Positions 1-8,669 of a stretch of 64,000 nucleotides of DNA are shown here, piece after piece. How positions within the stretch are numbered: position 1 is the first letter of the stretch; each line of letters opens with the position of its first letter. The notes beneath the pieces were generated by a model, which was not told where the DNA came from, ran no database searches, and saw only the letters and a program-made list of their open reading frames with translations. This DNA is from Candidatus Kaiserbacteria bacterium (GTDB lineage Bacteria > Patescibacteriota > Minisyncoccia > Phycocordibacterales > Phycocordibacteraceae): positions 26,608 to 90,607 of the forward strand of contig JACPGH010000002.1 in NCBI GenBank assembly GCA_016182485.1, read 5' to 3'. Position numbers and translations under genes: made by a program.

Positions 1-1
1 T

Positions 2-1429
2 CCCGCGCCTACTCCGACTCCGGCACCGACTCCGACGCCTGTTCCTACTCCTACGCCCACTCCGGTTTCTACTGTAAGCATCACTGCCAATACGTGGGTG
101 AAGGTTGCCGCTCCGCAGTACCCGGGGTCTTTCGGTTCGGGATACGGTTCAAAGCATGTTGCATTCGCCTACAATTCCCGGGACGGCAAGATATATATGT
201 GGGGCGGCGATTACTGCACCTCGGAGGACGGCACGTGCAATAGCCGCGAGCAGCTCTGGAGTTACAGTATCGCCACCAATACCTGGGAGAGAGTCCTAGA
301 CTACACAACCTCCAAAAAGGCGGGCTATCCGACGGGTCGCTGCATTCCCGGATTCGCCTACGATTCGAAGCGCAATGTCTTCTGGATGACCGCTGGGCAG
401 GAGAGGAATCAAGGCGGATACGCCCCCGGGCTGGTAAGCGGAGGCCTTTGGGCTTTCGATCCAGTTGGGAAAAAGTGGTTCCGAGAAGGACCCGGTCCCG
501 AGACGCAAAGCAGCAGAGTGAATGTCTTTTCCGACGAGCTGTACACCATGGTCTATGACGCCGCTGGAGACAAACTCGTCGCGATCGCCAAGGATGAAAG
601 CGCCGGGAACAGCGCGAAGATAGTGGAGTATTCTCTCGCCGGAGTCACGGTAGGTGACGGTCAGACGAACGACAACTGGAGCTGGGGGCCGGCGTTCGAG
701 TCCGGCTGGTTCGCAACGGCGGGGATCCAAGGCAAGGGCTTCACGCTCGACACGCGCAGAAATCGCGTCATCATCTATGACCCGGGGAATATATACGAAA
801 TGACGAAGACCGCGACGTGGAGCTATGACCTGAATACCAAGCAGCTGACAAGAATCAACACTCAGAACCTTCCCGCAAAAAGTCAGTTCGGAATGGAGTA
901 CGACTCCGTGAACGACGTAGTCGTCATGTTCGCGGGCGCGGATAACTTCGAGGGTTCGCCGGCGACTCAAATGAATGAACTCTGGGTCTTGGATTTCAGC
1001 ACGAACCAATGGACCAAGAAGGTTCTCGCTGGAACGCCGCCCTCCGGCAGAAAGGGAGAACAGATGGCCTATGACGCCCGTAGCAACGCCTTCATGATAA
1101 TGGGAGGCACTGGCGACATGGGAAGCGATGCGGATACCGTTTTCCTCTTCCGTCTCAGTCTCGGCTCAACTCCCACTCCAACAATCACTCCCGCTCCCGC
1201 GCCCACTCCAGCACCCGCACCTGCTCCCGCGCCAACTCCGACTCCGTCCACGACGTTCAGCATCGGAGACAGAGTCCGGACCACGGCGAATCTCAACGTG
1301 CGCGCCACCGCCTCAGCGACCGGCACGCTGCTCGGCACTCAGGCTATAAGCGCCCAAGGCACCATCATCGGAGGCCCGACCTTCGCCAATAACTTCTGGT
1401 GGTGGAATGTGAACTACGATACCGGCTGA
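2..1429 (+). CDS. Kelch/galactose-oxidase-like beta-propeller repeat protein with Pro/Thr-rich linkers and C-terminal SH3b-like domain (5' end outside window)
   Basis: The frame is open from nt 2. It encodes a PAPTPTPAPTPTPVPTPTP linker, then Kelch-type repeats (WGGDYCTSEDG, GGLWAFDP, NELWVLDF), a second PT linker and an SH3b-like tail (GDRVRTTANLNVRA...WWWNVNYDTG). Confidence 0.7.
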   Translation, partial: PAPTPTPAPTPTPVPTPTPTPVSTVSITANTWVKVAAPQYPGSFGSGYGSKHVAFAYNSRDGKIYMWGGDYCTSEDGTCNSREQLWSYSIATNTWERVLDYTTSKKAGYPTGRCIPGFAYDSKRNVFWMTAGQERNQGGYAPGLVSGGLWAFDPVGKKWFREGPGPETQSSRVNVFSDELYTMVYDAAGDKLVAIAKDESAGNSAKIVEYSLAGVTVGDGQTNDNWSWGPAFESGWFATAGIQGKGFTLDTRRNRVIIYDPGNIYEMTKTATWSYDLNTKQLTRINTQNLPAKSQFGMEYDSVNDVVVMFAGADNFEGSPATQMNELWVLDFSTNQWTKKVLAGTPPSGRKGEQMAYDARSNAFMIMGGTGDMGSDADTVFLFRLSLGSTPTPTITPAPAPTPAPAPAPAPTPTPSTTFSIGDRVRTTANLNVRATASATGTLLGTQAISAQGTIIGGPTFANNFWWWNVNYDTG

Positions 1430-1466
1430 CGGCTGGAGCGTCGAAGACTACCTAGATAAGGCTCCG

Positions 1467-2546
1467 GTGCCCGCTCCAACCCCCGCCCCTGTTCCTGCAC
1501 CGGCTCCGGTGCCAGCACCCGCCCCTAACTCGTCAAATGTTATCGACTCTCTCCAGCCGGGACGGTGGGCAATGATCCCCAATTCCCGAATGGATGCGGT
1601 AGATCCTTGCCCCGCCAGGAACTGTTCTTGGTCGGGCACCTTAGGTCTCGAGGGGATTATGGCGGCGTGGAGCGGAGGCATCTTCGACCCGTCGAGGAAC
1701 CGTCTCGTAATCTGGGGCGGCGGCCACGGAGATTATGCGGGGAATGAAATATACGCGTTCGATGTTAATTCGCTTTCGTGGCAGAGAGTAACCAACCCGA
1801 GCACTCCATATCCGTTCGGAAATCCGCCATCCAACCCGGTAAATAGCGACGGGACGCCTGCTTCCCTTCACACTTATGACGGTTTAGCGTATCTGCCCGG
1901 TTCCGATTCTCTCTTCGCTGTCGGCGGGAGCAAATGGCCCGGAGGAGAGCCCAGCAATCTCACATGGACCTTCAACTTCGGGACTTCGCGCTGGACTAAG
2001 AGAGCGGACGCTCCGTACCCGGGGGTCGACCTAGTGACCGCCTATGATCCTGCGAGCGGGAAAGTGTATGCCGCCGGACCGTTCTCCAATCAACCTCTCA
2101 TCGAGTACGACCCGGTGAATAACGTCTGGACGGGCAGGGGCGATCCTATCGACTACGGAGGGATGAACGCGGCTTTCGATCCGGTGAGGAAGAAGATGGT
2201 TGTCATCGGCCGAGGGAGAGCGTTCGCGTATAACCTGAACGTCGGAGGCTTCTCGGCGAAACAAAGCATATCTCCCGGCGCCTGCGCCGCCGGCGAGGCT
2301 CCGGGCATAGCGTATGACTCGACCAGAGACAGGATCGTCGCCTGGAGCGGGGGAACGAAAGTCTGCGTGCTCGACCCGAACTCTAATTCGTGGACCACGA
2401 TCCAAGCCGAGCCGGGAAATTCCGTAACCCCCACCGCTCCCGTAGAGGCAGGCACCTATGGCCGGTTCCAGTACGTGCCGTCGAAGAACGCCTTCATCCT
2501 GGTCAACGGAGTCAACCAGAACGTCTACGCCTACAAGATGCCATAA
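1467..2546 (+). CDS. Kelch-repeat beta-propeller protein; probably the downstream half of a frameshifted multidomain gene
   Basis: It starts with a GTG inside a PAPTPAPVPAPAP linker. It has Kelch repeats (WGGGHGDYAGNEIYAFD, SLFAVGG, IVAWSGG). The frame is open from 1413 and encodes DGWSVEDYLDKA, which completes the SH3b domain of the upstream ORF. Confidence 0.6.
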   Translation: MPAPTPAPVPAPAPVPAPAPNSSNVIDSLQPGRWAMIPNSRMDAVDPCPARNCSWSGTLGLEGIMAAWSGGIFDPSRNRLVIWGGGHGDYAGNEIYAFDVNSLSWQRVTNPSTPYPFGNPPSNPVNSDGTPASLHTYDGLAYLPGSDSLFAVGGSKWPGGEPSNLTWTFNFGTSRWTKRADAPYPGVDLVTAYDPASGKVYAAGPFSNQPLIEYDPVNNVWTGRGDPIDYGGMNAAFDPVRKKMVVIGRGRAFAYNLNVGGFSAKQSISPGACAAGEAPGIAYDSTRDRIVAWSGGTKVCVLDPNSNSWTTIQAEPGNSVTPTAPVEAGTYGRFQYVPSKNAFILVNGVNQNVYAYKMP

Positions 2547-2596
2547 GAAGAAGAACGCCGCGCGATATGTCGCGCGGCGTTCCCGCTTGAGCTAAA

Positions 2597-3532
2597 TCAG
2601 GCTCCCTCTGAAAGGATCCAGTGCAGGAGCGCCATGCGGATGACGAGGCCATTCGCCACCTGACGAAAGTAGGCGGCGCGCGGGTCGGTGTCTACCTCGA
2701 CGCTGATCTCATGCACTCGCGGAAGCGGATGCATGATGATCATGTCGTCCCGCATCTTGCCCGCGGTATCCGCGTTGATCACATAGCGGTCGGCGATCGC
2801 CTCATAGAGCTCCGCACTCATGCGCTCCTTCTGGACGCGGGTCCAGTAGAGGACGTCGCACTCCGATGCGGCAGGGAAGAGGTCCTCTGTTTCTGAGAAC
2901 CGAACGCCGTGCCGATCGAGATACGCCTTGATGTCGTCGCCGATGCGGCACACCGAGGGCGAGATGAACACCACCGAAACGCCCGTGAATTTCCCGAGCA
3001 GGTAGGCGAGGGAGCGCGCCGTGCGCCCGTGCGCGAGATCGCCGCCGATCGCGATCGTGAGGCCGTCCACTTTCCCTTTCTCGCGCTGGATCGTGTAGAG
3101 GTCGAGGAGCGCCTGCGTAGGATGCTGTCCGGTACCGTCACCGGCGTTGATAACCGGAACGGAGGAGACCGATATGGCTCGCGCGGCCGCTCCGGTTTCT
3201 TTGTGCCGAAGGGCGATGACGTCGGGTCCGAGCGCGCAGAGGACACGGAAGGTGTCCTCCAGCGTTTCTCCCTTGATGGCGGACGAGAACTGCGCCGCGC
3301 TCTCGGTCGAGACGATCTTCATCCCGAGGCGTGAACCGGCGGTTTCGAACGAGAGGCGCGTCCTAGTCGAGGGTTCATAGAAGATGGTAAAAAGAACCTC
3401 GTTCTCGTGGAGCTTCGTGAGCTCGCGCCTTCCAGACGAGCTTCCGAGCGCTTCGTGCATCCGATCCGCATCTTGGAAGAGCCTCTGGAGAAGCTGCCGC
3501 GTGAACTGTTGACTCTCAGTGACGTGTCTCAT
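2597..3532 (-). CDS. pyrB: aspartate carbamoyltransferase catalytic subunit
   Basis: Carries the STRTR, HPTQ and C-terminal HPLPR motifs. Length is 311 aa. Confidence 0.9.
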   Translation of the reverse strand: MRHVTESQQFTRQLLQRLFQDADRMHEALGSSSGRRELTKLHENEVLFTIFYEPSTRTRLSFETAGSRLGMKIVSTESAAQFSSAIKGETLEDTFRVLCALGPDVIALRHKETGAAARAISVSSVPVINAGDGTGQHPTQALLDLYTIQREKGKVDGLTIAIGGDLAHGRTARSLAYLLGKFTGVSVVFISPSVCRIGDDIKAYLDRHGVRFSETEDLFPAASECDVLYWTRVQKERMSAELYEAIADRYVINADTAGKMRDDMIIMHPLPRVHEISVEVDTDPRAAYFRQVANGLVIRMALLHWILSEGA

Positions 3533-4407
3533 ACGGCCGGTTGCGATTGCGTGTGCGCGGCGAAGCGCGCCATGAGGTCGCGGGTAACGGCGCCGGGTTC
3601 CCCCGATCCGATCGTATGCGCCCCGATCGAGACGATAGGCACGATATCTTTGAACGAAGAGGTGATGAACGCTTCATCGGCGGCGAACAATTCTGCGAGC
3701 ATAACCGGCCGCTCTTCTACCTGATATGCGCCCCGGGCGAGTTCGATGGTTACATTGCGCGTTATCCCTTTCAGCACGCCGGCATCGGGCGTTATCACCG
3801 CGCTGTCTTTTACGATAAAAATATTGCTCGTTGCGCATTCGAGCACTCGCTCGCCGCTCGTGTAAAGGATCTCGACCGCGCCGTCGGCCTTGCGTTTATC
3901 CTGCAGGGTGACCGCAGTGATGTAGCCGATCGTCTTCGCCTCGGGCATGAAGCGCAAGTGGTCGTGCTGTATCAGGTGCCCGCCGCGTTCATAGAGTACC
4001 TCGGGTAATGGCGCGAATTCCTCCGCGGTAATATAGAGCGTCTCGCGCCCCGGCACATGCTCGATGCCGCCCTCGGCCTCGCCGCCTGTCAGTATCATGC
4101 GGATGTTCGCGCGCTCGCCCAGCACCAAATTAGATTTGGTGCTGGGCGAGCCGTCAGTATTGCGCTTGATAAGCTCGCGCATCGCTTCGAGAACCTCGCC
4201 GCTCGAGTAGGGGAGGGTAAGGCCGAGCGGCTTCGCCGATCGCTCGAATCGTTCCCAGTGCGCGTCGAAATGGAACGGCTCGCCGCGAAAAGCGGTAATG
4301 CCTTCATAAATCCCGAATCCGCGCAGCACTCCTAGGTCAAGCACTCCGATTTTCGCCTCTTTGAGCGGCACCACATTCCCGTTCAGCCAGCAGAGTTGTT
4401 CTTTCAT
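3529..4407 (-). CDS. class IV aminotransferase (branched-chain amino acid / D-amino acid aminotransferase family)
   Basis: Length 292 aa. It has the ECATSNIF motif and a typical fold-type IV pattern. It overlaps pyrB by 4 nt. Confidence 0.8.
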   Translation of the reverse strand: MKEQLCWLNGNVVPLKEAKIGVLDLGVLRGFGIYEGITAFRGEPFHFDAHWERFERSAKPLGLTLPYSSGEVLEAMRELIKRNTDGSPSTKSNLVLGERANIRMILTGGEAEGGIEHVPGRETLYITAEEFAPLPEVLYERGGHLIQHDHLRFMPEAKTIGYITAVTLQDKRKADGAVEILYTSGERVLECATSNIFIVKDSAVITPDAGVLKGITRNVTIELARGAYQVEERPVMLAELFAADEAFITSSFKDIVPIVSIGAHTIGSGEPGAVTRDLMARFAAHTQSQPAV

Positions 4408-4524
4408 TCGCGCCAGTATAGCAGTATTTAAGATTGTATTCTCACTTTTGAAAATATCAAAATGGTCCTATAGGACAGAAATGATGAATATACAGCTCTA
4501 AAGGTGCTGAGATCTGCTTCGCGG

Positions 4525-4614
4525 TGCCGAGGGTGGGGGTCGAACCCACATGAAGGTTTTTGGGCCCTCTCAGCGTTTTAAGCGCTGTGCGTCTGCCAAT
4601 TCCGCCACCTCGGC
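4525..4614 (-). tRNA. tRNA-Leu (anticodon UAA)
   Basis: The minus strand reads GCCGAGGTGGCGGAATTGGCAGACGCACAGCGCTTAAAACGCTG...GGGTTCGACCCCCACCCTCGGCA. It shows a 7-bp acceptor stem, a D-arm, an anticodon loop CTTAAAA and a long variable arm. CCA is not fully encoded. Confidence 0.8.
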
Positions 4615-4831
4615 GAAGTGAGGAAGTAAAAAGATGCTAGCATCTTTTTACTCTCCGAACGAGCCGAAGTATGTACTCATACCTCGGCTTGCCCTTCGTA
4701 GCTTTAGCGAAGAAGGACGTACTTTTTATGATACCAGCACTCTGCTATTGTGGAAGAACGGCCCGGTGGCGAAGAAGCAACGCGACGGTCTGCAAAACCG
4801 TTATGCGAGGGTGCGAATCCCTCCCGGGCCT

Positions 4832-5140
4832 CTAGGAATGTTCAGGGTCGAGCAGGAAGTCCACGCGCGGGAGGCGCAAATGCGCCGTGTGATGCTTCAA
4901 ATGATCCGAGAAGGCCTCGCGCTGCCGCTCGAGAAATGCGAGGGCGGCGCTAGTCTTCTCGATAGGAAAAACGCTCACGAACACGTGCATCCGCTCGCCG
5001 TGGGCGACTGACTCCGCGCGGATCACCGTGATGAGGGATTCCGTGCCGGCTTCCTGCGCGATAAAGCGCGCCGCTTCGCGCGCGATAAGCGCGGTAACGC
5101 GGCCGGCCTCTCGAGCGCCGTTTTTTGGGCCGTCCGTCAT
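4832..5140 (-). CDS. rbfA: ribosome-binding factor A
   Basis: Length 102 aa with an RbfA-like sequence. It lies immediately downstream of infB with a 4-nt overlap. Confidence 0.85.
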   Translation of the reverse strand: MTDGPKNGAREAGRVTALIAREAARFIAQEAGTESLITVIRAESVAHGERMHVFVSVFPIEKTSAALAFLERQREAFSDHLKHHTAHLRLPRVDFLLDPEHS

Positions 5141-6606
5141 GATGCGGAAATTACGAAAGCAATTAGCGTGTCTCCCGGCGCCGCGCTCTCGCGGCTCTCT
5201 ATCTCCGCGCCGAAATCGCCTTCGGTTTTAATCTCCTTTACGTCCGCGCGAGCTTGCTGCAAATTCCGAATGCTTCCGCGTCCGATCTCAACGTCGCGGC
5301 GGAGGATCTTGATACGGTTGCCGGTTGTGAGAGTCCCGGAGACGTAGCGCGCGCCGAGCACCTGCTTCTTCGCTCCTGAAGAGAAGGTCTTCGCGACCGT
5401 GGCGCGGCCGAGTTCCTGTTCGGACTCGACAATCGGAGCGCGCTCGGCAAGCAGTTCCGCTACCTTCTCGGATAGCTTATAAATTATAGAGAAGGTGAAT
5501 ATCCCGATAGTCTCGCGTTCCGCGAGATCGCGCGCGATAGGATCAGTCGAGACATTGAACGCAATGACGGCTCCGCGCGCGGCCTGCGCCAGCCGCACAT
5601 CATTTTCCGAGACGCTGCCGACGCCGCTTCCGATTATCCGGAGGGCTGTCCGTTCGTGCTTCACCTTGCGCAGTTCGTGGATAATCGCGTCAATCGAGCC
5701 CGCTACATCCGCCTTGATCACGAGCGGCAGTTCAGAGAGGCCTTCGCTGTCCGTGGCTTGTTCGCTTGCCGATGCTATCGCATTCGCGTTCTCACTGGCA
5801 AGCTTTTCCGCTTCTTTCTTTGTTTTGACTATGCTGAAAAGGGAGCCGGCCGTCGGCAACTTGCTGAATCCCGAGATGCGCACCGGCGCGGAAGGGCCGG
5901 CTTCCTCGATGCGTGTACCGCGGAAGTCTTCTATGAAGCGGATGGGCGCGTATGCGTCGCCGGCGACCAGGAATCCGGCGAGCCTTAAGGTGCCGTCTTT
6001 CACTATAAGAGTCGCCGAGGCGCCGCGCTTAGGGTCCTGCGTCGATTCGAGCACGAACCCTTCCGCCGAAGCGTCAGGGTCTGCGGAGAGTTCTGCGAGG
6101 TCGGCAGTCAGAAGTACGAGACCGAGAAGCTCCGGCACGCCCTCGCCGCTTTTAGAGGAGATAAGGGCGTAGGCGACATCGCCCCCTAGACCCTCAAGGT
6201 ATATGCCGTTTTCAAGCATGGAGTTTTTCGCGCGTTCTATGTCGGCATTGTTTTTGTCTATTTTTGTTATCGCGACGATATATGGAATGCCAGATTCTTT
6301 GATCGCGGCCAGGGCGTCGAGCGTCTGCGGCATAACGCCCTCATCTGCGGCGACTACGAGAATCGCAATGTCCGCCGCCGCCGCGCCGCGCAGGCGCAGA
6401 GCCTTAAAGGCCTCATGGCCCGGCGTATCGAGGAAGGTGACGGGGCGGTCGTTATGCAGCGCGACATACGCCGCGACGTGCTGAGTAATCCCGCCCGCCT
6501 CGCCAGCCACCACGTTCGTTTTGCGGATGTAGTCGAGAAGCGAGGATTTCCCATGGTCTATGTGGCCCATCACCGCGATGACGGGCGGACGTATCTCCCG
6601 CGCCAT
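5137..6606 (-). CDS. infB: translation initiation factor IF-2 (short form starting at the G domain)
   Basis: Shows GHIDHGKSSLLD, DTPGHEAF and NKIDK GTPase motifs, then IF-2 domains II through C. The 489-aa length lacks an N-terminal extension. Confidence 0.9.
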   Translation of the reverse strand: MAREIRPPVIAVMGHIDHGKSSLLDYIRKTNVVAGEAGGITQHVAAYVALHNDRPVTFLDTPGHEAFKALRLRGAAAADIAILVVAADEGVMPQTLDALAAIKESGIPYIVAITKIDKNNADIERAKNSMLENGIYLEGLGGDVAYALISSKSGEGVPELLGLVLLTADLAELSADPDASAEGFVLESTQDPKRGASATLIVKDGTLRLAGFLVAGDAYAPIRFIEDFRGTRIEEAGPSAPVRISGFSKLPTAGSLFSIVKTKKEAEKLASENANAIASASEQATDSEGLSELPLVIKADVAGSIDAIIHELRKVKHERTALRIIGSGVGSVSENDVRLAQAARGAVIAFNVSTDPIARDLAERETIGIFTFSIIYKLSEKVAELLAERAPIVESEQELGRATVAKTFSSGAKKQVLGARYVSGTLTTGNRIKILRRDVEIGRGSIRNLQQARADVKEIKTEGDFGAEIESRESAAPGDTLIAFVISAS

Positions 6607-6665
6607 AGTTTCCTTATTTCATCATAAAAATTGCCTGGCCGCAATCCTTTGGGTAGAATCGAGTT

Positions 6666-7862
6666 ATGCGTTCCCGCCGTAAGAGTCATCAGCGAACATA
6701 TCTGGATGCCGCCGCGGGGTGGGACGGGCCTTCGCCACGCCGGAGCGGGCTATGGCCTCGCGGAGGCGGGAATCCGTCGTCGCCGCATGCGGAAGGCCGA
6801 ATGGCCCGAGAGATTCTTGAGGGAGCTCGCACGGTGGTCGCGCGTCTGCTTGAAGTGCAGGCGGACGACGTAATATTCACGAGCGGCGCGACGGAGTCGA
6901 ACGCGCTCGCGATACTGGGAGTTGTAAGGGCTTGCCGCAATCCCGCGGCTCGCCTGCATGTGCTGTATGCGCCCGGCGCGCATGCATCCATCGTTGAGAA
7001 CGTGAAGCTGCTTGCGGCGGAAGGGGCCGAGATCGAGCCTCTGCCGATGCGCGATCGCCAGGTGGACTGCGCCGCGCTCGCGAAACTTTTGCGCCCGAGT
7101 ACAGCACTCGTCACGATGGAGGCCGTCTGCGGCGAGACAGGAGTCATTTGGAATACGCGGGAAGTGGCGAGCGTCATACGCGAGCCATCCCGAGCGCAGC
7201 GAGGGATAATGTTGCATGTTGACGCCTCGCAAGCGCCGCTCACCGAGAAGGTAACGCGCGCGCATTTCGGTGCCGATCTTCTGACTCTTGACGGTTCGAA
7301 GATCGGGGCGGCGCGCGGGGTCGGCGCGCTCATTGCGCATCGCACTATCCCGCTTGCCCCTCTTTATCTAGGCGGCGGTCAGGAGCGCGGCGTGCGGCCG
7401 GGCAGTGAGGCGCCGCATTTGGCAGAAAGCCTCGCCAAGGCTCTAAGTCAGGCCGCGGCCGGCCGCGATGCGTTTCGCATCGCGGCCGAGGCCGCCCGGA
7501 CGGATCTCATTTCCCGCCTCACGGCTGCGATTCCTGACATATATATAAATGAGGGCCGGCCGGGTCGGCAGGTGCCGCACATCTTGAACGTGTCCTTGCC
7601 CGGCCGCGATACGGATTTCCTCGTCGCCCTCCTCGACGAAGCCGGCTTCGCAGTTTCCACAAAGAGCGCCTGCGAGACGGATTCCGAGACTGGTTCTCGA
7701 CCCGTCCTGGTTCTTTTCGGGGACGAAACCCGCGCTCGTTCGACATTAAGGATTTCCTGGAATCCCGAAGCCGATCTCTCGCGTCTCCGCTCTTTCGCGG
7801 ACGCGCTTACGCGAGCAGTCGCATTTTCCGCCGGCGGAGTTGACGATAGGGGCAGTGGGTAG
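6666..7862 (+). CDS. cysteine desulfurase (NifS/IscS family, class V aminotransferase)
   Basis: Motifs YLDAAA, GNPSSPH and FTSGATESNA are present, plus the PLP-lysine motif DGSKIGAARGVGAL. Confidence 0.85.
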   Translation: MRSRRKSHQRTYLDAAAGWDGPSPRRSGLWPRGGGNPSSPHAEGRMAREILEGARTVVARLLEVQADDVIFTSGATESNALAILGVVRACRNPAARLHVLYAPGAHASIVENVKLLAAEGAEIEPLPMRDRQVDCAALAKLLRPSTALVTMEAVCGETGVIWNTREVASVIREPSRAQRGIMLHVDASQAPLTEKVTRAHFGADLLTLDGSKIGAARGVGALIAHRTIPLAPLYLGGGQERGVRPGSEAPHLAESLAKALSQAAAGRDAFRIAAEAARTDLISRLTAAIPDIYINEGRPGRQVPHILNVSLPGRDTDFLVALLDEAGFAVSTKSACETDSETGSRPVLVLFGDETRARSTLRISWNPEADLSRLRSFADALTRAVAFSAGGVDDRGSG

Positions 7863-7878
7863 CATTATAGATATTGTT

Positions 7879-8646
7879 ATGAATATTGAGGAACTTTCTA
7901 AATCTCAGCTCATACTTCTCACTATCCTCGTCAATTTCGTCATGTCGGTCGCGACCGGCATCGTGACCGTATCGCTCCTCGATCACGCTCCCGCGTATGT
8001 CACGCAGACGGTCAATCGCGTAGTCGAACGCACTATTGAGACAGTGGCGCAGGCGGCGCCCGCTGCTATCATTCAGGCGCCCGCTCCGTCCAATCAGGAT
8101 CTCGTCACTGCCGCCATCGGAGCGGGAGCGGCGCGCGCCGTAACCATCTACGCCGCCGAGACGGGCACTTCGACTCCGGCGATAGCGGTGGGCACGTACC
8201 TGCCGAAGGCGCGCGCCATCGCCACCGCCTCCCAGGATGCGTTGCCGAAAGAGGTTCTTATCAGGTTCACTGACGGCTCGCATATCGCCGCCTCGCTCGC
8301 TCATAAGGGCGACGGGATTTCCATTTACGGCTTCGCCGACAAGGCCGTATTGCCGAAAGCCGCTTCTCCTGCGCTCATCTCGCCAAGCGACTTAAAGCTC
8401 GGGCAGACGGTCCTCGCGCTCTCCGCAGACGGTTCGGCCGCGACCGGGATAGTGGCGCGGGTCGATAAGGAAGGTATCCGCACAACGCTCCCGGACATAG
8501 GCGCCGGCAGCGCGGCGGTAGATCTTGCCGGCAACCTGGTCGGCATAGGCGCCGGAGAGACGCCCGGGCTCCTCCTAAGCGCGAATACCGTAATGAATCT
8601 CCTTACCGCCACGTCTTCTGTCGTAGCTCCAGTCTCGGCTAGATAA
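7879..8646 (+). CDS. membrane-anchored protein with a degenerate trypsin-like peptidase fold (catalytic Ser motif not conserved)
   Basis: It has an N-terminal TM helix. The C-terminal half resembles an S1 beta-barrel, but GSAAVD replaces GNSGGP. Confidence 0.45.
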   Translation: MNIEELSKSQLILLTILVNFVMSVATGIVTVSLLDHAPAYVTQTVNRVVERTIETVAQAAPAAIIQAPAPSNQDLVTAAIGAGAARAVTIYAAETGTSTPAIAVGTYLPKARAIATASQDALPKEVLIRFTDGSHIAASLAHKGDGISIYGFADKAVLPKAASPALISPSDLKLGQTVLALSADGSAATGIVARVDKEGIRTTLPDIGAGSAAVDLAGNLVGIGAGETPGLLLSANTVMNLLTATSSVVAPVSAR

Positions 8647-8669
8647 GCATTAACAGCGTAACGTTCACC

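Noticed and set aside
296-1009. Long antisense ORFs inside clear genes (for example 296..1009, 8898..9680, 9702..10622, 10722..11384, 5495..6172, 6689..7345, 52189..53004, 53660..54319, 56259..56828)
   Set aside because: They lie opposite well-supported genes and have Arg/Ala/Pro-rich low-complexity translations typical of shadow ORFs in high-GC DNA.
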